A DNA stretch of 64,000 bases, taken from Bacillales bacterium UBA6120 (lineage in GTDB: Bacteria > Bacillota_I > Bacilli_A > RFN20 > CAG-826). The position numbers and the translations under genes are program-made. The DNA lies in contig DIVY01000024.1 of the NCBI GenBank assembly GCA_002422535.1, forward strand, positions 20,904 to 84,903. Direction: 5' to 3'. Below are positions 38,893-49,552 of this stretch, piece by piece (position 1 is the stretch's first letter; every line of letters starts with the position of its first letter). The notes under the pieces were generated by a model. The model was not told the origin of the DNA. It was given only the letters and a program-made list of their open reading frames with translations, and made no database searches.

Positions 38893-38906
38893 ATATGTGG
38901 ATTAAA

Positions 38907-40130
38907 TCAAAATGAAAAAATCGATATTATTGTTTCGATGCCGGCCACAATTGATAATTTTGAAATCTCTTTTTTGGCACAAAATGTGAAGGCTCCCTTT
39001 CCAGACCAATAGACTTCAATTAGGTCTAAATCAATTATTATGTCTATTTGGTCTGTTGCTGACTCGAAGAAAAAACGACCATCTAATATAGTTCTATTTT
39101 CTAGATTGATAAATGAAAAGACTCCTTCGAAAAGTTCAAATTTGATAGCTTCGAAATCAATAGTTAAAGAAGCTCTATTCAAAGAAGAGATAGCAATTCG
39201 TTGTGCTTTGTCTTTATCAATCAAAATCGTTTTATTTTTGTCGATAGATTCAGAAATCAACTTATTTGAGGCCACATACATTTCTGCAGCTAAGCACAAC
39301 CCTAATCGACCAGATGGTAGGAACACAACTTCTCTTGCCAGAGTAATTGAACCGTCGATAAACCCGCCGAACCACATGATTCGGTCTCCAACATGACACG
39401 TTTTAGCTGCTCTTAACCCTTTATCAAGCACGAAGTCTTCCTCGGTGTGATAGGGTCCCCATTGAGTTTCTCCTATCGCGTAACGATGACACCCATGAAT
39501 ATAATGATGGCCACTGTGATATATATAATCGGGACATTCATCGGCAAAATTACCTGGTATCGGAAAAAGGTGTTCCCAATCGACAAGATTCTTGGAACGA
39601 TAATGTCCTTGAATCCAGTTTTCGTCCCAACTTTTTTCGTTATTTTTCTTGTTTTTTGGATTTGCTAAAAGAAGCATATGGAAATATTTATCTGTATTGT
39701 CAAAGAAAACACACGGATCCCGAAAATCGCGATATTGTGCATCTGAATAAATGGTTCCATCTGGCACCAGATGTAAATTACTTTTCTTCCAATCGATTAG
39801 ATTGGTGGAAACGGCGTGACCAATCGTTTCGCGCCCCAAAACGTTGTCGGGGTTCCACCTCGTAAAAAAGCAATGAAAAAGACCATCCGAAGTCTTTAAA
39901 TATGAACCGGTAAAGGCGCAGTTGTCTTCATGAGTGATGCTTGGAGCCACTGTTGTCCAATGAATGAGATCAGAGGAAAAGGCATGCTCATGATTAATAT
40001 CATCATGTCCGCTTCCGTTAAGGAGATAGAAAATGTGATAGACCCCACTATTATAAAATGGCATCACGTCGCCAACCTTGCGACCATCTGGATGCTGATA
40101 ATGAACTTTATATTTTAACGAACCCGCCAT
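38907..40130 (-). CDS. GH32-fold glycoside hydrolase-like protein (divergent, cytoplasmic)
   Basis: GDVMPFYNSGVYHIFYL (Asp nucleophile block), FRDPCVFF (RDP block), ADECPDY (EC block), then a C-terminal beta-sandwich region. Confidence 0.65.
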   Translation of the reverse strand: MAGSLKYKVHYQHPDGRKVGDVMPFYNSGVYHIFYLLNGSGHDDINHEHAFSSDLIHWTTVAPSITHEDNCAFTGSYLKTSDGLFHCFFTRWNPDNVLGRETIGHAVSTNLIDWKKSNLHLVPDGTIYSDAQYRDFRDPCVFFDNTDKYFHMLLLANPKNKKNNEKSWDENWIQGHYRSKNLVDWEHLFPIPGNFADECPDYIYHSGHHYIHGCHRYAIGETQWGPYHTEEDFVLDKGLRAAKTCHVGDRIMWFGGFIDGSITLAREVVFLPSGRLGLCLAAEMYVASNKLISESIDKNKTILIDKDKAQRIAISSLNRASLTIDFEAIKFELFEGVFSFINLENRTILDGRFFFESATDQIDIIIDLDLIEVYWSGKGAFTFCAKKEISKLSIVAGIETIISIFSF

Positions 40131-40195
40131 AAGTTAAACCTCGCACCTATTTGTTATGTTATTTTTTGACAAAAATTGAGAACATCAGCCTGTTA

Positions 40196-40224
40196 TTGAC
40201 AATCAATCGGCCATTACTTAAAAT
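40196..40224 (+). promoter_or_regulatory. Sigma-70 type promoter of the plus-strand GH32 operon
   Basis: TTGACA (40196-40201), 17 nt, TAAAAT (40219-40224), immediately followed by TATAAT. Confidence 0.55.
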
Positions 40225-40231
40225 TATAATA

Positions 40232-40245
40232 TGAAATCGTTTACA
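40232..40245. promoter_or_regulatory. LacI/CcpA-type operator (cre consensus match)
   Basis: tgaaatcgtttaca fits TGWAANCGNTNWCA at every constrained position. It lies just downstream of the -10 in the divergent intergenic region. Confidence 0.5.
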
Positions 40246-40259
40246 TTTTGGAGATTTTC

Positions 40260-41654
40260 ATGAAAAATCGAATATTTTATAAAGCCCCATCGGGCGCTAC
40301 GGCCGACATTATTCCATTTTTTGACAAAGAATCATTTCATTTATTTTATCTTCATGACTTTCGCGATGTCGCTAATCATGGCGAAGGAACGCCTTGGTAT
40401 CACCTTGAAACGAGAAATTTCGTTGATTATAAGGCGCTAGGCGAGGCCTTACCCCGCGGAATGGTTAATGATCAGGATCTTTATGTGTTCACCGGATGCG
40501 TCATTAAAACCGATCAAAAATATCATATCTTTTATACCGGACACAACCCTCATTTCCGTAAAGACGGAAAGCCGGAGCAGGCAGTCATGCATGCCATAAG
40601 TGATGATTTGAGCAATTGGACAAAATTACCAGAAGACACATTCTTTTCCCCTCTTGAAGGATATGAGCCGAATGATTGGCGCGATCCTTTTGTTTTTTTT
40701 AATGAGGAGAAGAAGGAATACTGGATGCTTCTAGCCGCTCGCAAGAAAAATGGTGGCAGTGTTCGCCGTGGTTGCACCGCGCTTTGTACCTCGACCGATT
40801 TAAAAAAATGGATGGTGGCCGAGCCACTTTGGGAACCCCACTATCACTACACGCACGAATGCCCCGATTTATTTAAAATTGGGAAATGGTGGTATCTAAT
40901 ATATTCTGAATTTTCCGACAAGAGAATGACGCGATATCGCATGGCGCGCAATCTTTCTGGACCTTGGTATGCCCCTAAAGATGACCAATTCGACGGAAGA
41001 TCATACTATGCTGCCAAATCGGCGAGTGATGGGGGAATACGCGCCTTATTTGGATGGGTTCCCACAAAAACCAATAACGAAGATGCCGGTTCCTGGCAAT
41101 GGGGAGGCAATCTTGTTGCTCACGAAATATTCCAAAGGAAAAACGGCGAGCTCGGAGAAAGACCTTTAAAATCGATTAAAAAGCATCTTTCCAAAAAAAC
41201 TTTATATTTTTCAGACACGATCGATGTAGATGCCACTGGAAGATGTGAATTCAAGAAAATAGATATACAATTACCGGAAACTTATATGATTTCTCTTGAT
41301 ATAAACATGAGTAAATATACAAATCGAGCTGGTGTTTCCTTGAGGAGAAACCACACTAAAGACGAAGGATACGTTTATATATTTGATGCCTCAAGACAAC
41401 GATTTGCATTCGATCGTTTTCCAAATAGCCCTTGGCATTTAGAAAATTTCCAAGGAGTATCCCGGCACCTCTTAGTCATCCCCCGTAAAAAATATCATCT
41501 AGATATAATTGTAGAAGGTGATGTTTGTGTGGCCTATGTCGATGATAATATCGCTCTAAGTTCGCGCATGCACCAAAACGAAGGACAACCACCGGCTTTA
41601 TTTTCAATTGATGGCAAAACATCATTTTCTAATATCAAAATAACTACGGATTAA
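40260..41654 (+). CDS. Glycoside hydrolase family 32-like protein (cytoplasmic)
   Basis: ADIIPFFDKESFHLFYL, WRDPFVFF, HECPDLFKIGKWWYLIYSEF, C-terminal LDIIVEGDVCVAYVDDNIALSSRM. ATG 40260 follows GGAG. Confidence 0.75.
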   Translation: MKNRIFYKAPSGATADIIPFFDKESFHLFYLHDFRDVANHGEGTPWYHLETRNFVDYKALGEALPRGMVNDQDLYVFTGCVIKTDQKYHIFYTGHNPHFRKDGKPEQAVMHAISDDLSNWTKLPEDTFFSPLEGYEPNDWRDPFVFFNEEKKEYWMLLAARKKNGGSVRRGCTALCTSTDLKKWMVAEPLWEPHYHYTHECPDLFKIGKWWYLIYSEFSDKRMTRYRMARNLSGPWYAPKDDQFDGRSYYAAKSASDGGIRALFGWVPTKTNNEDAGSWQWGGNLVAHEIFQRKNGELGERPLKSIKKHLSKKTLYFSDTIDVDATGRCEFKKIDIQLPETYMISLDINMSKYTNRAGVSLRRNHTKDEGYVYIFDASRQRFAFDRFPNSPWHLENFQGVSRHLLVIPRKKYHLDIIVEGDVCVAYVDDNIALSSRMHQNEGQPPALFSIDGKTSFSNIKITTD

Positions 41655-41663
41655 TAACGATAA

Positions 41664-42938
41664 ATGAAAAAAATAATTGAGAATTGGAATCGGCGCGACA
41701 AAATTATTGGTGACGTTCATCCCTTTTTCGATTCACAAAAAAAGCAATGGATGCTTTTTTATCTGGCGACGGATGGTAAATTTTCATCGCGATTAGCTCT
41801 ATCCAAAAACATGATTGACTTTGTCGAAATGCCATTAAAGTTTTCAGGTATGCCACGTGCACCTTATTTTGTGGTGGCCCCACTAAAACACAAGAAATTT
41901 TTTTATACCTGGTTTGGGCAACAATATACCCACGTTTGTTCAAAAAGTCGCGATGGAATAAAATGGTGGCCAATGCTAAGTCTTGATGTTTCGGTTAATC
42001 GGGAAGTATCGCTTAGAGGAGAACGCGACCCTTATGTTGTTTATGACGAGATAAATCACTGCTTTTATCTTGTCGCGTTAAGTTATCCAAACGAAAGCAA
42101 TGATTGCCAAATTATCTTGCGTCGCTCCTCTGGAGATTCGTTATTAAATTGGTCTAGCGAAACTAAAAGCATCGTTAAATTCTTTAATGGTCTCACCTGG
42201 AGCGATGGAGAACCAGAGTGCCCGCAATTATGCAAAATAGGTCACCGATGGTATTTATTTGCAAGTTTGGCCAGAAAAACGACGCATCATGTTGGTGGTA
42301 TGTCTTATTGGATTGGCGATATTGACAAAAATCCGCTGGATATTGATTGGGGCGCTTTGCCACGCTATGAATTAACTAGTGAAGATCTATGTGCGGCGCA
42401 AGTAGCCCAAAAAGGTAAACAAACATTCTTATTTGGTTGGGTTCCCCAAGAAGCACACGGTTCGCTTTGGGGTGGAATTTTAAACTTCCCACTACTAGTA
42501 AAAGCAGATAAAGCGGGAAAGCTATCTACCAAATTTGCATACGGGATGAACGATTATCGCTTTGCTCTTTCTTCAATCGAGAATATTGATAGCCACACGA
42601 TGAAAAAATTAACTGCAAAATTTGTCATCTCAGGCGAGCGTACAACGTTAAGTTTTTGCAATGGTAAACAAGATGATCAACACATTATTATCGACCGATT
42701 TAATTGTCGAATTTTTGTTGCTTCAACTCCTTTGCATAAAGAACATGCGTCAATCCACTTAAATAAACGTGATTTTACCAAAAGGATGAACTTGACCGCC
42801 ATATTTTATGATGATGTGGCGGAGATAAATATTAATAGACGTTATACGCTTCATGCAAAACTTGGTCGTGCTCTGGACGGAGATAAAATTACAACTAGTA
42901 GTGATGTTGACATCATACTAGAGAGTGCGGTAGCCTAA
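41664..42938 (+). CDS. GH32-fold glycoside hydrolase-like protein (cytoplasmic, divergent)
   Basis: GDVHPFFDSQKKQWMLFYL, GERDPYVVY, EPECPQLCKIGHRWYLFASL. Confidence 0.65.
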   Translation: MKKIIENWNRRDKIIGDVHPFFDSQKKQWMLFYLATDGKFSSRLALSKNMIDFVEMPLKFSGMPRAPYFVVAPLKHKKFFYTWFGQQYTHVCSKSRDGIKWWPMLSLDVSVNREVSLRGERDPYVVYDEINHCFYLVALSYPNESNDCQIILRRSSGDSLLNWSSETKSIVKFFNGLTWSDGEPECPQLCKIGHRWYLFASLARKTTHHVGGMSYWIGDIDKNPLDIDWGALPRYELTSEDLCAAQVAQKGKQTFLFGWVPQEAHGSLWGGILNFPLLVKADKAGKLSTKFAYGMNDYRFALSSIENIDSHTMKKLTAKFVISGERTTLSFCNGKQDDQHIIIDRFNCRIFVASTPLHKEHASIHLNKRDFTKRMNLTAIFYDDVAEININRRYTLHAKLGRALDGDKITTSSDVDIILESAVA

Positions 42939-42940
42939 AC

Positions 42941-44446
42941 ATGAATTATGGTTATCTTCTTGGAATCGATGTTGGTACAAGTGCGACAAAAGTCGCTTTG
43001 TATGATTTTAAGTTGACGTTAATCGATAGCTTTTCTCAAGGATATGAAGTCGAAACCCCACACCCTGGCTGGTCCGAGCAACATCCAGACATTTGGTGGG
43101 AGGCCACAAAGGCATGCATTATTAAGCTTTCAAAAAAGCACAACATTAAGTTGATAAAATCAATCGGCATTACTGGTCAAATGCATGGCTTGGTGCTTCT
43201 TGATTTGGATGGGAAGCCATTAAGGCCAAGCATCATCTGGTGTGATCAAAGATCTGCTGTCGAGTGTAATGAAATAACCAAACTGGTGGGGAAAAAGCGC
43301 CTAATCGATATCACGGCAAACCCAGCACTTCCCGGTTTTACGGCATCCAAAATTCGCTGGATTGCTAAACACGAGCCAGACATATTTGCGCGTTGTTCAC
43401 ACATACTTTTGCCTAAAGATTATATCCGCTACAAATTAAGCGGAATGTTCGCAACCGATATGAGTGACGCTAGCGGCACCCAGCTACTCGATATTACAAA
43501 TAGATGCTGGAGCCCAGAGATGCTTTCTATTCTTAATATTAAAGAAGATCAATTGCCAAAATTATTTGAAGGACCACAGATTTGTTCGTTTGTTAATGAA
43601 GAAGCTTCTCAGGAAATAGGACTTGAAATCGGTACGCCAATAGTGGCTGGAGCCGGAGATCAAGCGGCCTCCGCGATTGGGAGCGGAATTATCCAAGAAG
43701 GTGCCATTTCCTTAACGATTGGATCTAGCGGGGTTCTTTTTGCTACAACAAAAAAACCATTAATTGAAAACAAAGGGCGCTATAACACCTTCTGTCATGC
43801 CTTACCTAATCTTTGGCACGTCATGAGTGTTACTCAAGGCGCTGGTGCCTCACTAAAATGGTTTAAAGACCAATTTTGTGATGTTGAAATTGCCGAAGCA
43901 AAACAAAAAAACATTGATGTGTATGACTTACTTTCTCTTCGCGCCTCAAAAATTCCGCTCGGAAGCGACGGGGTAATCTTTTTGCCATACATCAACGGAG
44001 AAAGAAGTCCCCATCTAAATCCTCATGCAAGGGGCATATTCTTCGGATTATCATCTTTCCACAATAAAGATCACATGCTCCGCGCGGTTTTTGAAGGTAT
44101 TTCGTTTTCTTTATTTGAATGTTTTGAAGTGATGAAATCAAATGGTCTATTAGCCGAGCGCTTAATTGTTGCGGGTGGCGGCGCACGTAGTGATTTCTGG
44201 ATGCAAATACTTGCCGATGTGTTTACCATTCCGATGGCTAGAACTGATGTTTCGGATGCTGGGACCCTTGGATGCGCCATTCTTGCCGGACTGGGCATCG
44301 GTGTCTTTTCTTCTCCTTTGGAAGCCATCAAGCAACGCATAAAAATTACTTCAGTAATATACCCACTTGATAACTTAAAGAGACCATATGATTTTGTATA
44401 TCGCAAATTTTGCAAAATTTATAAACAAATGAAACCATTATTCTAG
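42941..44446 (+). CDS. FGGY-family carbohydrate kinase, xylulokinase-like
   Basis: LGIDVGTSATKVALYD, ITGQMHGLVLLD, PSIIWCDQRS, and a C-terminal GGGARS motif. Confidence 0.8.
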   Translation: MNYGYLLGIDVGTSATKVALYDFKLTLIDSFSQGYEVETPHPGWSEQHPDIWWEATKACIIKLSKKHNIKLIKSIGITGQMHGLVLLDLDGKPLRPSIIWCDQRSAVECNEITKLVGKKRLIDITANPALPGFTASKIRWIAKHEPDIFARCSHILLPKDYIRYKLSGMFATDMSDASGTQLLDITNRCWSPEMLSILNIKEDQLPKLFEGPQICSFVNEEASQEIGLEIGTPIVAGAGDQAASAIGSGIIQEGAISLTIGSSGVLFATTKKPLIENKGRYNTFCHALPNLWHVMSVTQGAGASLKWFKDQFCDVEIAEAKQKNIDVYDLLSLRASKIPLGSDGVIFLPYINGERSPHLNPHARGIFFGLSSFHNKDHMLRAVFEGISFSLFECFEVMKSNGLLAERLIVAGGGARSDFWMQILADVFTIPMARTDVSDAGTLGCAILAGLGIGVFSSPLEAIKQRIKITSVIYPLDNLKRPYDFVYRKFCKIYKQMKPLF

Positions 44447-44520
44447 TTTTAGTTAAAAGGGGACAAGCAGTGGAAAAAAAGCAGTTGCTAGCCTATAAAT
44501 TCTATGTTATCGTATTGATG

Positions 44521-44534
44521 TGAAAACGCTATCA
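44521..44534. promoter_or_regulatory. LacI/CcpA-type operator (cre consensus match) upstream of the ABC importer genes
   Basis: tgaaaacgctatca fits TGWAANCGNTNWCA; it lies 42 nt before the ATG at 44576. Confidence 0.5.
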
Positions 44535-44575
44535 TATTTCTGTCGCTAATAAATCTTTTGAAAGAGGAACACGAT

Positions 44576-46543
44576 ATGACAAGACAAAAAAAGCAAAGAT
44601 TCATTCCGTTCATCGTGGCTTTTGCTACAATTTTGGTGACCGGTTGTGGTTCTACTTCGCTCGCTCCTTCAGATGGACCAATTGTACTATCTGAAGAAGA
44701 ACGTACTTTTAATATTCTCCATAACTGGGATAAGGTTGGCATGAAAAACCACCTTAACGCAGGTACAAACGTCGGTCCTTTAGCGTGGTTCTCCGTCGAA
44801 TCATTGATTCAATATGTTCGTTCCACCGATGAGGTCTATTACATCCTGGCCGAAAATATTGAGCATCACGCAAATTCAACAAGTACCGTAACGTTGCGCG
44901 CCAATGCCACTTGGCACGACGGCACCGACTATGTCGCCGATGACATGATTGGTTATTACATCGTTAATCAAGGACAAGTCACAAATTATATGACCTCGCT
45001 TGAAAAAGTAGACGATAAAACGGTTTTAATTCATTGGAAACCACAGATGGAACCAAATGAACGCGTCAAGACATTACTATTGGCTGTCGATCGCGCCGGA
45101 GCGGTTCAATACGATGAATTCAAAACATTTGTCGATGAAGCAAATCGAATACTGACTAGTTCGCCGCAAGCTCCCGCCGGTTACACAGGTTGGGCTCCAT
45201 TTGGCCGAATCGCATCACAAACGAATATCAACGATTATATGGCGAACTATACGGCCTTTAAAAACTATAATCCTGAATGGTTTGTAGGTACGGGGCCGTT
45301 CAAATTAAGCAGAAAAACAGAGACCGAGATGCTTTTAGTTAAGAATGAAGATTATTGGGCTACCGATAGTATTAAATTCGATTTTATCAGAGCGACCAAC
45401 AGCATGAATGACCTTAACCAAAAGTACAACATGCTTTCATCGGGAGCCATCGATTATCAAGATGGATTGGCCCCAGAAGCTACGATGAATCAGATCCTCC
45501 TAAATAACCCAAACATGGCTCATTATAAAATGTTTGATCCGGGATCAATTGGCGTTGTTTTTAACCTCGCTAAGAAAATGCAAGTTAATGGTGTTGCTCA
45601 ACCGATTTGGACCGACAAAGCTCGCGAAGCCTTCCAATATATATTTGATCGCGAAGAAGTAAAAAATGCTGGCAACCCCTATGCAATTACCTCTTGGAAA
45701 CCATTGATGACGATGGCTCCTTCAGAAGCTCAAAAATATATGAGCCCGGATAAATACGCTGAAATAGAAACCTTCTCTCACAACGAACAAACAGCGGCCA
45801 ATCTTTTGGTCGAAGCTGGTTGGAACAAAGTTGATGGTTGGTGGTACAACGGGGGAACGAAAGTCAAATTGAACGTCCATTATGATGGCTCGCATCCCGG
45901 AATGAGCGGAGTTGCTGTTGCTGTTCAAGCAGCGTTAACTTCATTTGGCGTTGAAGCTATTTTAAAGAAAGGTGCTGATTTTAATTCCTGGTTTGGAACC
46001 GCATCATCTGATGCATGGGCCCACGAACTTAGTGTGTGTTGGACCGATCTTAATATGAGTTTTTCATTCCCGACGGGTTCATTTATTTATGCATACAAAG
46101 ATATAACCGCTAAAGTGTTACATTTGCCCAAATATACAGGAGATGATCCCGAAACTACGGTTATCGAAACTAATGAATTTGACTTAGATCTAGAAAAAGC
46201 CGATGGAAGTGGCACTTTCCGTGTTATTGATGTACTAGATGGTATGTATTATCTTAACGATGAAGAATTGACAGAAGTTGTCAACGACCTAGTTTTAGGC
46301 GTATCAAAGAAAAACTTTGGCGTCCAGTTTTATCAAAATGTCACCGGCAGTTTCATAAACATTGGTAAACTTGGTGGTGTACCACTTCAAGATTACTTGG
46401 CGACATCTAGAAACATTACTTACGTACCAAACTTTGAAGATGATCCCGACAATTTCTATGCCGTCGCGCGGCTAAACTTTCACTTCGCATATGCCGTGCC
46501 ATTCATTTCTGGCGACTTATATCCAGCAAGATTAGACGATTAA
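44576..46543 (+). CDS. ABC transporter substrate-binding lipoprotein, family 5 (Opp/Dpp-like), oversized
   Basis: Lipobox ILVTGCGS. SBP_bac_5-like body, about 655 aa. AGAGGA lies before ATG 44576 (listed TTG 44558). Confidence 0.8.
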   Translation: MTRQKKQRFIPFIVAFATILVTGCGSTSLAPSDGPIVLSEEERTFNILHNWDKVGMKNHLNAGTNVGPLAWFSVESLIQYVRSTDEVYYILAENIEHHANSTSTVTLRANATWHDGTDYVADDMIGYYIVNQGQVTNYMTSLEKVDDKTVLIHWKPQMEPNERVKTLLLAVDRAGAVQYDEFKTFVDEANRILTSSPQAPAGYTGWAPFGRIASQTNINDYMANYTAFKNYNPEWFVGTGPFKLSRKTETEMLLVKNEDYWATDSIKFDFIRATNSMNDLNQKYNMLSSGAIDYQDGLAPEATMNQILLNNPNMAHYKMFDPGSIGVVFNLAKKMQVNGVAQPIWTDKAREAFQYIFDREEVKNAGNPYAITSWKPLMTMAPSEAQKYMSPDKYAEIETFSHNEQTAANLLVEAGWNKVDGWWYNGGTKVKLNVHYDGSHPGMSGVAVAVQAALTSFGVEAILKKGADFNSWFGTASSDAWAHELSVCWTDLNMSFSFPTGSFIYAYKDITAKVLHLPKYTGDDPETTVIETNEFDLDLEKADGSGTFRVIDVLDGMYYLNDEELTEVVNDLVLGVSKKNFGVQFYQNVTGSFINIGKLGGVPLQDYLATSRNITYVPNFEDDPDNFYAVARLNFHFAYAVPFISGDLYPARLDD

Positions 46544-46570
46544 TCTAATAGCAGTTTAATTTAGGAAAAA

Positions 46571-47626
46571 ATGGAAAAATTTAAAAAGTTCTTTAAACGT
46601 TTGTGGGATATCTTTCGTGAAATCGGATATCGCTACCGCTATTTGTGGCAGCGATTAGGCTTAGCGCTCGTGACACTTTTTTTCACCACAATCATTTCAT
46701 TTTTTCTAGTTAGGAATATACCTGGCGATGTGATTTTATCTTATGCTCAGGAATTAGCCGTTCAGCGGGGTATCACAATTGAAGAAGCGATGCGTTTGGC
46801 TGTTCAAATACTAAACTATGACCCAGAAGCTAACATCTTTGTACAATTCTTTGAATATCTTGGTGGTTTGCTCCAAGGTAATCTTGGCTCTTCAATGTAT
46901 GTACTTGACGTCAGTGTGGTACGTGTAATTCGTCAAACATTGCCGTGGACTTTATTTGTGGCTTCGATTGCCTTAATTCTAAGTTTTTTGATTGGAACTT
47001 GGCTTGGCACCCGGCTTGCTTGGCGACGAAAAGGCGCCGAAGAGGTCGTCGTTTCAAGTTATATCGTCGTTTCAAATTCGATTCCCGATTATTTGTTTGG
47101 ACTGTTGCTACTCTATATTTTCGCGTATACCTATCCAATATTCCCGACTAACGGCAATTACGACATCATGACTGATCCGGGTTTAAATTTCCCCTTTATT
47201 GGAAGCGTGTTATATCATGCCGCTTTACCAATTCTTGCTCTTGTATTTACCCAAGTCGGTAACTGGGCCTTAATGATGAAGGGGAGCGCTGTTGGAGTAT
47301 TGGGAGAAGATTACATAAATGCCGCTAAAGCTAGAGGCATTCCAGATCGCATTATTGTAAGAAAATACTTAAGAAAGAATGCAATGTTACCATTAATCAC
47401 CTCACTAGCAATTTCGTTTGCTTACTTGTTTGGTGGTTCAACCTTAATGGAAACTATTTTTAACTATCCGGGCATTGGACAACAATTCGCCAGTTATATC
47501 GGCCGCTTAGATTATCCAATGATTCAAGGCATTCTTTTCTTCATTAGTAGCGTCGTCATATTCGTTAATCTAATTGCCGATTCGATTTATTCGCTTGTGG
47601 ATCCGCGTGTTCGGAGGGATGCTTAA
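46571..47626 (+). CDS. ABC transporter permease (OppB/DppB-like)
   Basis: BPD_transp_1-type polytopic protein with an N-terminal OppB-like helix; 351 aa. Confidence 0.85.
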   Translation: MEKFKKFFKRLWDIFREIGYRYRYLWQRLGLALVTLFFTTIISFFLVRNIPGDVILSYAQELAVQRGITIEEAMRLAVQILNYDPEANIFVQFFEYLGGLLQGNLGSSMYVLDVSVVRVIRQTLPWTLFVASIALILSFLIGTWLGTRLAWRRKGAEEVVVSSYIVVSNSIPDYLFGLLLLYIFAYTYPIFPTNGNYDIMTDPGLNFPFIGSVLYHAALPILALVFTQVGNWALMMKGSAVGVLGEDYINAAKARGIPDRIIVRKYLRKNAMLPLITSLAISFAYLFGGSTLMETIFNYPGIGQQFASYIGRLDYPMIQGILFFISSVVIFVNLIADSIYSLVDPRVRRDA

Positions 47627-48504
47627 TGAAACGGCATCTAACCTTCCGGCAATGGTCGGGCAATAACCCATTCTTTAGTTCCTTTTTACACAACAAAAAA
47701 GCAATTTTTGGACTAAGCGTCATGGTGTTTTTCGTTCTTGTGGCCATTTTTGGACCGCTTATTTTCCCCTATTCTCCTGAGATTGATTATGCAAATTATC
47801 TGGCCTCTCCTTCGTGGAAACATCCCCTTGGAACTGATGGTCTTGGTCGTGACGTTTTCCGTCAATTGATAGCAGGCACAAATGATGTCTTGCTTGTGGC
47901 CGTATTAACCGCCGCGATTACCATTTCTATTGGTGTGACGCTTGGTTTGATTTCCGGCCTTGTGGGCGGCTTCGTTGATCGAGTAATTATGCTAATTGTG
48001 AATGTATTTCTTACAATCCCAAGTCTTCCGGTCTTCTTAATTCTCGCGGCCTTGTTTACTGTCAATGACCCCCTATCATTTGCCCTAATCCTAAGTATTT
48101 TTAACTGGGCGGGACTTACTAGGGCAATACGGGCTCAAATCATTTCTTTGCGCGAACGGGATTTTATCCAAATATGCAAAGTCATGGATATGAGCACTGC
48201 CTATATTATCTTCAAAGAGTTGATGCCAAACATCGGATCTTATATATTAATCAACTTCATTCTTGTCATGAAAAACGCCATTACCGGAAGCGTTGGCATC
48301 ATGTTCCTTGGTCTAGCAGCGTTTGAACCGACTAACTGGGGTGCTATTTTAATTACCGCCAAAGATTTTGGAGCGTTATTTATCCCCGCTGCTCGAATTT
48401 GGCTATTAGCGCCGATTGCCTGTATCTTCACCTTCCAGTTTGGCATCATCTTGCTTTCAAGCGGACTCGATGAAGCCCTTAACCCACGTCTGAGGAAAGC
48501 CTAA
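47626..48504 (+). CDS. ABC transporter permease (OppC/DppC-like)
   Basis: ..HPLGTDGLGRDVF.. motif typical of OppC/DppC. The start overlaps the upstream stop. Confidence 0.85.
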   Translation: MKRHLTFRQWSGNNPFFSSFLHNKKAIFGLSVMVFFVLVAIFGPLIFPYSPEIDYANYLASPSWKHPLGTDGLGRDVFRQLIAGTNDVLLVAVLTAAITISIGVTLGLISGLVGGFVDRVIMLIVNVFLTIPSLPVFLILAALFTVNDPLSFALILSIFNWAGLTRAIRAQIISLRERDFIQICKVMDMSTAYIIFKELMPNIGSYILINFILVMKNAITGSVGIMFLGLAAFEPTNWGAILITAKDFGALFIPAARIWLLAPIACIFTFQFGIILLSSGLDEALNPRLRKA

Positions 48505-48505
48505 G

Positions 48506-49552
48506 ATGAACGAAAACATTTTGTTATTAAAAAATCTTGTTATCGAATATGAATTGAAACGCTATTCGATTCGCGCTATCGATGATGTTACCATGGCCTT
48601 TAAACGTGGATCGATTACCGCTATCGTGGGAGAGTCTGGTTCCGGAAAAACAACATTGGCATCAGCTATCTTGGAAGTCATATCTTCGCCCGGGCGCATA
48701 GTGTCGGGAGATGTCATATATTTCCAAGACACAAAATCTAAAAATTTTGAATCAGATGAAAACGATGCCGGTTTTGCGACGAAAATCAACACTTTAAAAC
48801 CAAAACAATTGAATCATTATCGCTGGCAGGAATGTTCGATGGTATTCCAAGGCGCGCAAAGTTCGCTTAATCCAGTGATGACTATTTTTGATCAATTTTC
48901 CGAAACGATGATGGTTCATGCCAATAGCGAAACAAAACATTCTGAACTTAAGGAACGAGTATTACGACGAGCTAAAGAAGTGCTAGAAATTGTAAATCTC
49001 GATGTCGAACGTATCATGCCAATGTATCCTCATGAACTTAGTGGTGGCATGAAGCAGCGCGTTATGATCGCCTTTAGTCTCTTATTAAATCCAAAAATTA
49101 TTATTCTTGATGAACCGACGACCGCCCTAGATGTCATCACTCAAGATAGCATCTTCCGGGTCTTAAAAAAGATTAATCGCGAAATGGGCGTCACTATGAT
49201 TTTATTAACTCACGACATGGGCGTTGTCGCAAAGTTTGCCGATTATGTTGGTGTCATGTATGCGGGAAAACTAGTGGAATATGCGGATACTCGTTCAGTA
49301 TTTGCCAAACGCCTGCACCCTTATACTAATGGGCTTATAAGCGCTACTCCCTCCATCATCGCTGATAACTCTGCTTTGAAACCGATCGAAGGGACACCAC
49401 CCGATTTAATGGCGCTTCCTTCAGGATGTCCATTTCATCCTCGGTGCCCAAAAGCGTTTGAACAATGCCCATTACTTAAACCTAAATTAATTGATTTGGA
49501 CGGCCATCTAGTTAGTTGCCATCTATACCATAAAGAGGATCTAAAAGCATGA
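48506..49552 (+). CDS. ABC transporter ATP-binding protein (OppD-like)
   Basis: Walker [28 protein letters not shown], and a C-terminal oligopeptide-type Cys-rich extension. Confidence 0.9.
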   Translation: MNENILLLKNLVIEYELKRYSIRAIDDVTMAFKRGSITAIVGESGSGKTTLASAILEVISSPGRIVSGDVIYFQDTKSKNFESDENDAGFATKINTLKPKQLNHYRWQECSMVFQGAQSSLNPVMTIFDQFSETMMVHANSETKHSELKERVLRRAKEVLEIVNLDVERIMPMYPHELSGGMKQRVMIAFSLLLNPKIIILDEPTTALDVITQDSIFRVLKKINREMGVTMILLTHDMGVVAKFADYVGVMYAGKLVEYADTRSVFAKRLHPYTNGLISATPSIIADNSALKPIEGTPPDLMALPSGCPFHPRCPKAFEQCPLLKPKLIDLDGHLVSCHLYHKEDLKA

